From a virus: 64,000 bases of DNA. A program made the position numbers and the translations under genes. Of the stretch, positions 10,357-19,303 are shown in pieces (position 1 is the stretch's first letter; each line of letters starts with the position of its first letter). The notes under the pieces were generated by a model. It saw only the letters and a program-made list of their open reading frames with translations. It was not told the origin of the DNA and made no database searches. The stretch spans positions 1 to 64,000 of IMG/VR virus record IMGVR_UViG_3300035698_011322. The stretch is one strand, 5' to 3'.

Positions 10357-10880
10357 ATATCCCACAAATCCTTTAATTTCTTTATTGTGTCACTTGTGTT
10401 CTTATGTAGTATACCGATCCCGCCTTTGGATCTCCATTGCTTGATATTTCTTTTACTATCATCTATGAGGACAGAAGATTTACTAGCATGGTTCTGTTTC
10501 TCTATACTAAGTGTAATGAAGGCCGTCTTGAGAAAGCCAGATCCAAGCTCTTTACTGATCCAATCTCTCTTGCCCTTTATGGCTGAGGTAACAGTCTTTG
10601 GTCTAGCGGTCAATATAGTTGGCTCATACTTCTTTATATAGTTCCACAGTTGCTTGCCATCACTAGTCCATGGCAGTTCAGACCAGAATGTTGCGCCCAT
10701 CTCAGCAACCTTAGTCCAAACATCTTCTGACTTCTTTTTAGTAATCCATTTTTTCCAACCATCTTTTATGTTTGGATCGATTTTATCACTCATACCTTGT
10801 AGAAAGTCAACCAGCACACCATCAAGATCACAATAAATTTTATATTCAATTTCTTCTTTTATGTAGTTAGACAGTCTCAT
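10353..10880 (-). CDS. HAD-family 5'(3')-deoxyribonucleotidase-like phosphatase
   Basis: DLDGVLVDF, ILTAR, LIDD; MRLSNYIKE. Confidence 0.88.
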   Translation of the reverse strand: MRLSNYIKEEIEYKIYCDLDGVLVDFLQGMSDKIDPNIKDGWKKWITKKKSEDVWTKVAEMGATFWSELPWTSDGKQLWNYIKKYEPTILTARPKTVTSAIKGKRDWISKELGSGFLKTAFITLSIEKQNHASKSSVLIDDSKRNIKQWRSKGGIGILHKNTSDTIKKLKDLWDI

Positions 10881-11203
10881 TTGAGTTTCCTTTTGATGGA
10901 TCGTAGTCCTAGCTCCATCTTCTTTCTAGCGGATGGATTCGCTGTATGGATTTTTATTTTGGGGCATTTGAATTCTTTGTTCGTGAATACTTGTTTCTCT
11001 ATCCATAACAATACATCATTTCCAGTTCCGATTTTACGATCATCACCTAAATCATGGTCAAGACTTATCTCGATAACATCGCCTTTTTTCAATAAATCTA
11101 TAGCTTGAGTCGGTGTCTTAACACCAATCCACCCACTAGGTGATGTTCTTTCATCATCCAGATATACCTTTATACCTTCATTTATATAATGAGTTAGTCT
11201 CAT
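10877..11203 (-). CDS. Cyclic-phosphate-processing receiver-domain protein
   Basis: YLDDER, ISLDHDLG, IHTANP; MRLTHYINE. Confidence 0.82.
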   Translation of the reverse strand: MRLTHYINEGIKVYLDDERTSPSGWIGVKTPTQAIDLLKKGDVIEISLDHDLGDDRKIGTGNDVLLWIEKQVFTNKEFKCPKIKIHTANPSARKKMELGLRSIKRKLK

Positions 11204-11331
11204 TTGAATATTCCTCTTATACGATACCCACCTATATTTCGATCCCATTCAAATGCAACATCTCCAGCAAACACAGAACCACTTACCAAAAATATTAAAG
11301 CAACAACTGTACTAAACAGTTTTAATTTCAT
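11200..11331 (-). CDS. 43-aa ORF with signal peptide (possible truncated FN3-like remnant)
   Basis: Manual translation MKLKLFSTVVALIFLVSGSVFAGDVAFEWDRNIGGYRIRGIFK; ATGA-coupled to the next gene. Confidence 0.5.
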   Translation of the reverse strand: MKLKLFSTVVALIFLVSGSVFAGDVAFEWDRNIGGYRIRGIFK

Positions 11332-11812
11332 CAAAGCCCTCTTCTTTAGTTGGTGGTTGATACTTAGCCTTCATTGATTTTATAACATCATCTGGTATAA
11401 CCTTGCCAGTGTCTTTTCCACGTTTGTCTAATCTCTTCTTTAACTCAGATCCACCAACTTTGAATATGATAGCTATTTTCTTATAGTCCTCTGAGGCACT
11501 CTTCATAAAATAACTTCTTTGTTTTACAGTCATATTAGTATTATCAACTATTATATTTCTTCCTTTACTTAGGGCCTTGTCAAACTCTTTTCTAGTATTA
11601 CCTAGAGTATTATCTCTACCCGCTTTAACAAATGCCTCTGAATATGTTATTTTATTCTTCTTCGCAATCTTCTCAACATATAAATCATTAGACACAATAT
11701 TATATTTTCCCTTGAGCTTCGAGATATATGTGGACTTACCGGATGCTGGAAGGCCAATCAGTAGTATTATTTCCTTCTGTGCCTCTTCGTTTATATAGTT
11801 GCTTAGTCTCAT
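11312..11812 (-). CDS. P-loop kinase (AAA_33 / polynucleotide-kinase type)
   Basis: GLPASGKST, IVDNTN, R..KR, PTKEEGF; MRLSNYINE. Confidence 0.88.
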   Translation of the reverse strand: MRLSNYINEEAQKEIILLIGLPASGKSTYISKLKGKYNIVSNDLYVEKIAKKNKITYSEAFVKAGRDNTLGNTRKEFDKALSKGRNIIVDNTNMTVKQRSYFMKSASEDYKKIAIIFKVGGSELKKRLDKRGKDTGKVIPDDVIKSMKAKYQPPTKEEGFDEIKTV

Positions 11813-12465
11813 AATAATACGTCCTCTACGAACTTATTATACCTTTCTCGCATTGTTAGTCCGCCTTTTGGATGGTACATTTGATCCAAAAACGATCCTT
11901 GAATGATTATATACTTCTTACAATTTAGAACAATCTCGCCCATTGTATTTAAAGCATTACATAAATCCTTATCAGTATACATCCTAGAAACCTTTTCTGA
12001 CCATTTTTTTCTATAGTGAAGCTCTTCTTTTGAATTCTTTATTCCAGCTGGTTTATAATTAGTGCTCTGCCATATAAAAAAATCTTCAATTCTTGATGAC
12101 CATACATAATTGAAGTCACCTATAGGAAAAACTAAACCAGCACCAGTTCCATATCCACTACCCAATATTTTAGGTGGGAAAGTAAACAGACCCCCGCTTC
12201 TTGGTTTCCATTTAAATTTCTTAAAGAACTCTATATCAACGGCTGCCTGTATTTCCCTTGGAGTATCAACCGGTACTCTGTTAGATCTGGTGCTCTTTAT
12301 CTCTACCAAGTCTTTTGCTACATATCCTCTTCTTACATATTTGTTATTACAACTCTTTACAGCATTAAGCCATGGTTTGCAATTAGCTTTTGTATACTTG
12401 ATAAAGAAATCGTACTTGATCTGTGGTTTTTTATTAGCTTCGTTCAAATATGAGTTGAGTTTCAT
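11809..12465 (-). CDS. Paralog of 7379..8314, possible ADP-ribosyltransferase fold
   Basis: RRG, KFKWKPRSGGLFT, FPIG, GEIVLNCKKY; MKLNSYLNE. Confidence 0.5.
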   Translation of the reverse strand: MKLNSYLNEANKKPQIKYDFFIKYTKANCKPWLNAVKSCNNKYVRRGYVAKDLVEIKSTRSNRVPVDTPREIQAAVDIEFFKKFKWKPRSGGLFTFPPKILGSGYGTGAGLVFPIGDFNYVWSSRIEDFFIWQSTNYKPAGIKNSKEELHYRKKWSEKVSRMYTDKDLCNALNTMGEIVLNCKKYIIIQGSFLDQMYHPKGGLTMRERYNKFVEDVLL

Positions 12466-13281
12466 TTATTTGATTCCTTGAATTTGCTTTGATAGTCTAC
12501 CCATAGTTCTCTTCATGGTTTTAGTCAAAAGCTTTTCTCTAATCATTCTCTTTATGAAGAAAGGGAAGAAATTATCCATGTGTCTAACCCACTTTCGAAC
12601 ATCTGGAATCTCTTTCATAAACTCATCCCATGTTAGTTTATTATACTCTTTATCACCAAGTTGCTTTCTAACTTCATCAACAGCATGTATTATTGCTTGT
12701 ATTTCTGCTGTCATATGGAAACCCAATCCTTCTTTTTCTTGTCTTATATCATCTCGCTTAGGTTCAGAGAAATACATATTATGCTTTACATCATCAATCC
12801 AATGTGTCAATTCATGTCTTATGTTGGATTTTATATTAATCTCTGTTGATACACCAAAGAAAAAGTCAAATACATTCTTTTTATCAATATCCTCTAACTC
12901 TCCAGGTTTTACAAAATGATCAAATAAAGATATTGTTGGGCCAATGAATATAACATTTTTATCAGGATAGTAAAAACCCCCATGTGATGTAAAACCAACA
13001 AATATATTTACAGGCTTTTCTTTATTTATTTCTTTAATAATAGGCGATTTCAATGAACTAGATTTGATTCTTTTGAAAACCCATATCTCATCACCACCAA
13101 CCTTGACTTTCTTTCCGGCCTTTCGGACATCACTTAAAACTTTTTTGAGTGTTTTTATATCACGTTTCTTAACACTATTGTTTATTTGTTTGACAAACTT
13201 ATCTATAGGCTTGTAGATCAAGTCTATATCACTCTTATCAACATCAATAATACTATTTTTTATATATTTGTCAAATCTCAT
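12466..13281 (-). CDS. Putative zincin metallopeptidase
   Basis: HELTH plus downstream EIQA; MRFDKYIK. Confidence 0.6.
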   Translation of the reverse strand: MRFDKYIKNSIIDVDKSDIDLIYKPIDKFVKQINNSVKKRDIKTLKKVLSDVRKAGKKVKVGGDEIWVFKRIKSSSLKSPIIKEINKEKPVNIFVGFTSHGGFYYPDKNVIFIGPTISLFDHFVKPGELEDIDKKNVFDFFFGVSTEINIKSNIRHELTHWIDDVKHNMYFSEPKRDDIRQEKEGLGFHMTAEIQAIIHAVDEVRKQLGDKEYNKLTWDEFMKEIPDVRKWVRHMDNFFPFFIKRMIREKLLTKTMKRTMGRLSKQIQGIK

Positions 13282-13964
13282 TAGAGTATTTTATCCAGCT
13301 TCATCGATTTCAGTTTGGATTTATATGATTCGAGTCTCTTCAAAAACTTCTTGTATTCTTTACCCTCACCCGAAAAAACCATTTTAAACCATTTATATAT
13401 ACCACCATGTTTACCATACTTCAGAAATTCTATTGCGGCTTGAAATGCAAAGGAATCAATCTCCACATCTGATCCAACATATTTCCAAGTATCTTCGGCT
13501 TCTAATTCCGATGGATCAATAAAAACAGCTTTAAGATCCGATACACTTATTTGAGTCAAGTGCTTAAATTCATGCGATAAAATATTCAAAAGATCTGAGA
13601 AGAATTGGTTCTTTCTTATATCCAAGAACATCTTATCTTTACCAGGTTTTGCAAATCTCTTAAAGAACTCTGAAAGACCTGTTTGTAAATGAACTGTTAT
13701 TGATAGTTCTCCACCACCTATTTCCACTTCGGCACCTGACATATATCTATATATTTTATGCTTCACTCTACCAATGTCAAATATAATAGGTAGATCTTTG
13801 TCCTTAAATAATATGTTTAGGATTTCTGTAATCTCTTTATCACTTGTTATCCATTTATTGCTTTTCAGAAACTTATATAAGAGTTTAATTTTGGGTTTTA
13901 TTATATACGCAACAAGTTTAATTTCTTCGGCTGTTGCTTCAACCATATATTGTTTTAATCTCAT
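13281..13964 (-). CDS. Putative zincin metallopeptidase
   Basis: HEFKH plus Y....EIDSFA; MRLKQYMVE. Confidence 0.6.
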   Translation of the reverse strand: MRLKQYMVEATAEEIKLVAYIIKPKIKLLYKFLKSNKWITSDKEITEILNILFKDKDLPIIFDIGRVKHKIYRYMSGAEVEIGGGELSITVHLQTGLSEFFKRFAKPGKDKMFLDIRKNQFFSDLLNILSHEFKHLTQISVSDLKAVFIDPSELEAEDTWKYVGSDVEIDSFAFQAAIEFLKYGKHGGIYKWFKMVFSGEGKEYKKFLKRLESYKSKLKSMKLDKIL

Positions 13965-14899
13965 TTATGCCATTCCCATGCTGTTTTTATAATTGTGTTT
14001 ATGTCACTCTGTTTCGGCTCCCAGCCAAGCTCGTTTTTTAACTTCGATGGATCGGCAATCAAAGTGTCAGGCTCGTTTTTTCTTCTACCAACCTCTATTA
14101 TATTTATTCTTTTGCCTGAGATTTCTCTGACCTTATCGATTATTTCTCTTACAGAATATCCTCTATTATTTCCTATGTTATATACTGTGTATCCACTCTT
14201 CAAGGCATCAATTGCCAAAATATGAGCATTAGCAATATCATTAACATGGATGTAATCCCTTACCCCTGTTCCATCTGGTGTATCATAATCTGTTCCATAT
14301 ATTTTGAATTCTTTTGATATCATTAATAACGGTATAATATGTGTTTCGGGGGCATGTAACTCACCAATATTTCCACCAGATCCCGCCGCATTAAAATATC
14401 TCAAAATAACCGAATTCATGCCATCACAGTCTTTAAGAACATTTTCTATTATAAGCTTTGTCTTACCATAAACATTCTCTGGATTACAAGCTGTTTCTTC
14501 TTTTATAGGAATTTCTTTTGGATTACCATATACAGAGGCTGATGATGAGAAAATAAAATTCTTGACCTTATTCTCCATCATAACATATAACAGATTAATT
14601 GTATTCGACACATTATTCTTGTAGTATTTTAAACTACTTGTATCAGATTCACTTACAATCGAAAATGCCGCAAAATGCATAACAATATCAATACTATACT
14701 GTTTAAATAATCTTCTTAATAATCCAACATCACCGAAATCACCTATTATAGTTCTTGTGTCTTGTAGAAGATGATCACTACCTGTTGAAAAGTTATCTAA
14801 TACAGTAACATCATAATCCTTTGTCTCCAATAACATCTTTACAACATGTGATCCAATATAACCAGCACCACCTATTACCAATATATTTTTATACTTCAC
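13961..14899 (-). CDS. galE: UDP-glucose 4-epimerase
   Basis: GGAGYIGSH, FSSSASVYG, YGKTK, RYFNAAG, DGTGVRDYIHV; GTG start chosen. Confidence 0.95.
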   Translation of the reverse strand: MKYKNILVIGGAGYIGSHVVKMLLETKDYDVTVLDNFSTGSDHLLQDTRTIIGDFGDVGLLRRLFKQYSIDIVMHFAAFSIVSESDTSSLKYYKNNVSNTINLLYVMMENKVKNFIFSSSASVYGNPKEIPIKEETACNPENVYGKTKLIIENVLKDCDGMNSVILRYFNAAGSGGNIGELHAPETHIIPLLMISKEFKIYGTDYDTPDGTGVRDYIHVNDIANAHILAIDALKSGYTVYNIGNNRGYSVREIIDKVREISGKRINIIEVGRRKNEPDTLIADPSKLKNELGWEPKQSDINTIIKTAWEWHK

Positions 14900-15029
14900 C
14901 CTTTGCCCTTCTCTCTTCATAATTTACCCATTTAACATATAAATGACCACATTTATGGCATATGCCTTGACCACTTTTTTGTTTCCATTGGTGCTCACAT
15001 TTCTGACACTTGAATGTATTATACTGCAT
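14889..15029 (-). CDS. 46-aa zinc-ribbon protein
   Basis: Manual translation with CQKC...CHKC. Confidence 0.6.
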   Translation of the reverse strand: MQYNTFKCQKCEHQWKQKSGQGICHKCGHLYVKWVNYEERRAKGEV

Positions 15030-15726
15030 ACCACGCATCGACTCCTTTATTAATTTTCTCAAGTGACAGAATAGTTGGAGATAGATACTTTTCTCCAGTT
15101 TCTATGAGTGTCTTCTTATGATCAATTCCAACTGGATTTTGTATTGGAGAGTTATAGAATCCAGCCATGAATTTATATGCGTTGACAATTACTTCATTTG
15201 TGAGCATGCCCTCATTATTATCTATCTCCATCCATGTTGAAAACTTCCCTCTATAGAAGTTCTTAGCAGCGTTGACATTCTTATGTATTTGTCTAATAAA
15301 ATCAACATCGACTTGTCGCTCTCTCTTTGAGGCTCGCTCGATTGCTGTTTCCAATGATGTGTTGATAAATATTATTGCAACATCATAGCCAAAGTATTCA
15401 AGTATTCCAACTCGCTTTAAAACTGCTGATGTTTTATTGGCAGTACCATCAACAGCTAATGGTAACATAGAATTTATATATAAGGTAAGTTGGTTCTTGT
15501 TTATTGTTTTAACTTTTAAACTTATCTTACCCCAATCCGTATTCCACCATTTCTTGAAAAGTGGAAATGATTTATCGGTGTTGACTATACGAGGTTCAAT
15601 AGATCCAGATTTTACTTTTGATAATGTATATGATTTACCTGATCCACTACTACCACACATAAAACAAGCTTTAAAAATTCCGCGATCCATAATCCCTTCA
15701 GTTATATAGTCTTCTAGTCTACTCAT
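15019..15726 (-). CDS. P-loop kinase (zeta/AAA_33-like)
   Basis: GSSGSGKS, VDGT, R...RER; MSRLEDYITE. Confidence 0.8.
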   Translation of the reverse strand: MSRLEDYITEGIMDRGIFKACFMCGSSGSGKSYTLSKVKSGSIEPRIVNTDKSFPLFKKWWNTDWGKISLKVKTINKNQLTLYINSMLPLAVDGTANKTSAVLKRVGILEYFGYDVAIIFINTSLETAIERASKRERQVDVDFIRQIHKNVNAAKNFYRGKFSTWMEIDNNEGMLTNEVIVNAYKFMAGFYNSPIQNPVGIDHKKTLIETGEKYLSPTILSLEKINKGVDAWYAV

Positions 15727-16046
15727 TTAATAACTCCGAATAATTGTTTTTTGTATGGGTGTTTTTTAGTATCTGTTTTGATTTCTTTTTTCGACTTCCC
15801 AGATCCTCTCCAATACGTGCTATTATATGATTGATCTTTAATTGAAGCACAGAACCCTTTGGCTTTCTGTGTATCGAAGCCTTCTTTACTACTCATTCTT
15901 AAGACACAGGCATCAAAGAAACCATGCTCAGTAGGATCTTTACCAATTGTCTTGGCAAACTTTGCTATGGAGTTCTCTGTCCATCCCTTAGAGGCAATTG
16001 GAGCCTCGTCTAATTCATCCACCATTAGCTTTTCAAAGAATTTCAT
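15723..16046 (-). CDS. Hypothetical protein
   Basis: 107 aa, coupled to neighbours. Confidence 0.7.
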   Translation of the reverse strand: MKFFEKLMVDELDEAPIASKGWTENSIAKFAKTIGKDPTEHGFFDACVLRMSSKEGFDTQKAKGFCASIKDQSYNSTYWRGSGKSKKEIKTDTKKHPYKKQLFGVIK

Positions 16047-16416
16047 TTATCTTTTTCTTATCCTCCTCTTCATCATCTTCTTCTGGTGGATCTTCTTCTG
16101 GTGGATCTTCTTCTGGTGGATCTTCTTCTGGTGGATCTTCTTCTGGTGGATCTTCTTCACCATCTTCTGGAAATGGCCCAACGGCCTCTATTTCCTTTTC
16201 AACATTATTCCACTTTTCGAGTTTATCTTCCAGATCAGATAATATAGCCTCTTCTGCATCATCATTTGGATCACCAACCTTCGAAATGGCATTTTCTATA
16301 GATTTCTTATTCTGGCTGATCACTCTCTCAGAATACTTTTCACCAATCTCCGGCTCATCAATATCAAGAGCTGATTGCACAGAATCCTCTTCTCTTATAT
16401 ATCTATTAAATCTCAT
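16033..16416 (-). CDS. Acidic protein with EEDPP repeats, possible head core/internal protein
   Basis: MRFNRYIRE; 15-nt tandem repeats ~16077-16160. Confidence 0.7.
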   Translation of the reverse strand: MRFNRYIREEDSVQSALDIDEPEIGEKYSERVISQNKKSIENAISKVGDPNDDAEEAILSDLEDKLEKWNNVEKEIEAVGPFPEDGEEDPPEEDPPEEDPPEEDPPEEDPPEEDDEEEDKKKINEIL

Positions 16417-16432
16417 AACTCACTCCTTCCCC

Positions 16433-16969
16433 TTATAGTGCCAGAATCAATAACAATATACTACCAATTGTTATTAAATACATTCCACCTCTATTTATCA
16501 TATTATCTGTTTTATGTTCATATTTTTCATCTCGATACATATTTTCTGAATTGATCCATAGCTCTCTATATGATATAACCTTCTCACGTTCTAGCATACT
16601 TAATTCTTTTAGAGCATTTATTTCATCTATATATGTATTTGTTATTGATTCATTAACCAATAATATTTCTTTATATGTCTTCGCTAACTTAACCACAGCA
16701 CCAACCTTAGCATATTCTTTAGGTGCTAGTAAGATATGAGTACCTTCTTCTATACTACCAACAACTTCATAACTCAATTCACCTGTTTTCTTTATATATA
16801 TGGGGAAAAGTTTATCTGGTTTTGGTAGATTATCTAAATCACTCTTTATATCATAAGAAGGTGTTTCATTAATTTGTAAATCTGGTGGTTTATATGGTGT
16901 AAATGACTTAGGGGCACAAGAAACAAACAAGAAAAGGAAGAGTATACACAATACTATTCTTGATCTCAT
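16433..16969 (-). CDS. Lipoprotein with C-terminal TM helix, spanin candidate
   Basis: Lipobox FVSC after hydrophobic signal; hydrophobic C-terminus. Confidence 0.6.
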   Translation of the reverse strand: MRSRIVLCILFLFLFVSCAPKSFTPYKPPDLQINETPSYDIKSDLDNLPKPDKLFPIYIKKTGELSYEVVGSIEEGTHILLAPKEYAKVGAVVKLAKTYKEILLVNESITNTYIDEINALKELSMLEREKVISYRELWINSENMYRDEKYEHKTDNMINRGGMYLITIGSILLLILAL

Positions 16970-17313
16970 ATATCTTCCCAATCATCATTCATTTGTTTCT
17001 CTATTTCAGCAAGCTTATCTTCTTTTAAAACTACTTGTATGTCTCTTGAAGCCTCTTGAAGTATAACTTTTATCTTTCCTTTTGTTTCCTCTGAGGAAAT
17101 TTCAGCAACTTCTATCTGTTTCATTATTATATCTTGCTCTTTGGTTTTAGCTGCAATTTCTCCCTGTTTAGTTTTATTTAAAAACTTATTCTTAAACGCA
17201 TCTATAATTTTTTCTTTCTTGTTTCTACCAAAGAACTTTGTTAATATTAAAGTTACTAAAGCAATTAAACACGCACCACCACCACCTATGAACAGAATAC
17301 TTGATATATCCAT
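16966..17313 (-). CDS. Membrane-anchored coiled-coil protein, i-spanin candidate
   Basis: N-terminal TM, helical remainder. Confidence 0.55.
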   Translation of the reverse strand: MDISSILFIGGGGACLIALVTLILTKFFGRNKKEKIIDAFKNKFLNKTKQGEIAAKTKEQDIIMKQIEVAEISSEETKGKIKVILQEASRDIQVVLKEDKLAEIEKQMNDDWEDI

Positions 17314-17330
17314 TTTATTTCACACTCCTC

Positions 17331-17693
17331 TTATACATTTACATTTTCAATTTTTTTTGCTTTTTTATCATCTGATGCTTCGTTAATTTCTTTTAGTTTA
17401 CGAACTTTATAAACCTCACGAACGGCTATAATCGAACCAGTTAAAGTAATATTAAACGTACACCATGCTATAAAGGTATCTGTCAGAACCTTTATTTGAC
17501 CCAATAATGCAGCAATTAATTCTGGTTTGACAGCCATCAAGCTTATTGCGATTTCCATAAACCCAAATTGTGACATACAGATATATATAAAAATACCCGT
17601 TGACGCCAGAAATGGTAAAAGAAAAAACCAAACCTTTACTGATGCCAAATTTTGAAGAACCTTTTTACTAAACAATCTAAACATTTCTTTCAT
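17331..17693 (-). CDS. Holin-like membrane protein
   Basis: 2-3 hydrophobic segments, charged C-terminus, first gene after a late promoter. Confidence 0.5.
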   Translation of the reverse strand: MKEMFRLFSKKVLQNLASVKVWFFLLPFLASTGIFIYICMSQFGFMEIAISLMAVKPELIAALLGQIKVLTDTFIAWCTFNITLTGSIIAVREVYKVRKLKEINEASDDKKAKKIENVNV

Positions 17694-17723
17694 TATCTTA
17701 CCTCCACTATATATTTCTGATAC

Positions 17724-17731
17724 TATTTATA
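17724..17731 (-). promoter_or_regulatory. T4-type late promoter TATAAATA heading the lysis and internal-protein cluster
   Basis: Exact TATAAATA ~30 nt upstream of ATG 17693. Confidence 0.75.
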
Positions 17732-17743
17732 TAGTTTGGGCAT

Positions 17744-17780
17744 AAAAAAGAGAAATACAAATAAATCATATTTCTCTTTT
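17744..17780 (-). terminator. Intrinsic terminator after the ubiquitin-like operon
   Basis: AAAAGAGAAATA/TATTTCTCTTTT hairpin with U-tract. Confidence 0.6.
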
Positions 17781-17811
17781 GTCCTGTAGTGGTACATCGC
17801 TTATATATTTC

Positions 17812-18696
17812 TTATATAAGATTAACTTCCGGGCCTTCAAAGTCAGTACTAATTTTCTCCATCTCCGACATCAAATCCATTTCCTCTTCTAATGTCTGTT
17901 CTTTAGAAAAATCAAGTTCTTCGATTTCAGCATCAATCTCTTCAACTTCAGCCTCTGTTAAAACAGTAGGCAAACCTGTTTTTAGATTTATATTACGAGG
18001 CACTTGTTTACCCATAAAAACACCTGGTTTAGACCATAATTCATTCTTAGCACGTGTATCCCATGACCCACCAGGATAGTTACTATAAACAACATTTGTA
18101 TCATATGTTTTTTTCTTAATTTTCTCTTTAGCGGCTTTAATAAAATCTTCTTTGTCCAAAATACATTCAGTTCTAATCTTCACAATACTCTCAATGATTT
18201 TATAAGCACCACATGGAGTTGCCCATCTTACATGACCATTTATACCATCTTTTGAAATACAAAGTGATATGTTATGATTCTGATTAATATACTTATCATC
18301 TGTCTGTGAAAATGAATTACCCATTGTATGGTGTGAATGTATAACACCAACTACTGGCAATTCATTAAACTCTTTACACATAATATTATCAACACTTCCA
18401 GTGCTTATCTCTTGATCTGGAATAAAGATATCAGTTATTTCAATAGTTTCACCAAAATCACCAAGAAGATAAGCCAACCACTCAATGTTTGAATATTCTT
18501 CCATAAGTGCTTCAATCTTTTCTTTTACCAATGGTTGAATCCACACAATAAGATTCTCAGGTGCCTTACCACAATCTGTTAAACACTCTACCTCGGTTTC
18601 CCAATAATCTGGTTCTTTATCAGAGGCAATAACATTGATTTTATTTTGTACATGCATATTATTTTTCCCTTTCTTCTTTCTATTCCTTCTTGACAT
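17812..18696 (-). CDS. JAB/MPN+ metalloprotease (Ubl processing/deconjugation)
   Basis: EWLAYL...IHSHHTMGNSFSQTD (E...HxH...S..D). Confidence 0.88.
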   Translation of the reverse strand: MSRRNRKKKGKNNMHVQNKINVIASDKEPDYWETEVECLTDCGKAPENLIVWIQPLVKEKIEALMEEYSNIEWLAYLLGDFGETIEITDIFIPDQEISTGSVDNIMCKEFNELPVVGVIHSHHTMGNSFSQTDDKYINQNHNISLCISKDGINGHVRWATPCGAYKIIESIVKIRTECILDKEDFIKAAKEKIKKKTYDTNVVYSNYPGGSWDTRAKNELWSKPGVFMGKQVPRNINLKTGLPTVLTEAEVEEIDAEIEELDFSKEQTLEEEMDLMSEMEKISTDFEGPEVNLI

Positions 18697-18706
18697 TTTT
18701 ATTCCT

Positions 18707-19285
18707 TTATATATACAATTCAATAAGATTTGTGCTAATTTCTTTATCATAGTATTTCATTATTTTATTATCAGTAAGAGCGGCTATAATACTAGCAGGA
18801 ACAACCCATGATGAAATTTCAGTATATCCATCTTCAGCTTCTCCCCACTCGGCCACTCTATTATTGATAGAAATATGTTCACCATTATACCCCGCCTTAA
18901 CATATTTCGCACCAATGTTGTCAGCAATTCCTTGATTTGTCATTTGTGATTTTATATTATCAGTACAATCGACAACCCAATCTGTTTTCTCAGATGTCAA
19001 TTCAGAATACTTAAACGGAAAACTATGAATTGTACAATCGGGTCTAATGGACTCAACCATCATTCTTACAACATCCGTTTTATTTTTCCCAATAAACTTT
19101 AAAGGAATATCTATTCTATTAAGATTATGAGCCTCAAATATATCTGGGTCCCATACACATATATTGTCTATACCTGATAAAACAGCAAACTTTGATACCC
19201 AGAACCCAATTCCACCAACGCCACATACGCTTATACTTATATTCTGATTTAATTTTAAACTTTCTTGACGATCATAAAATGACAT
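18707..19285 (-). CDS. Minimal ThiF/E1 adenylating enzyme
   Basis: YDRQ, GVGGIG, DPD.FEAHNLNR, K, VDCTDN; no CxxC pairs. Confidence 0.9.
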   Translation of the reverse strand: MSFYDRQESLKLNQNISISVCGVGGIGFWVSKFAVLSGIDNICVWDPDIFEAHNLNRIDIPLKFIGKNKTDVVRMMVESIRPDCTIHSFPFKYSELTSEKTDWVVDCTDNIKSQMTNQGIADNIGAKYVKAGYNGEHISINNRVAEWGEAEDGYTEISSWVVPASIIAALTDNKIMKYYDKEISTNLIELYI

Positions 19286-19303
19286 TATTTACTTCCTTTC
19301 TAT

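Noticed and set aside
15859-16438. Plus-strand FFWWI and GGSSS repeat ORFs
   Set aside because: Antisense shadows of the EEDPP repeat gene.
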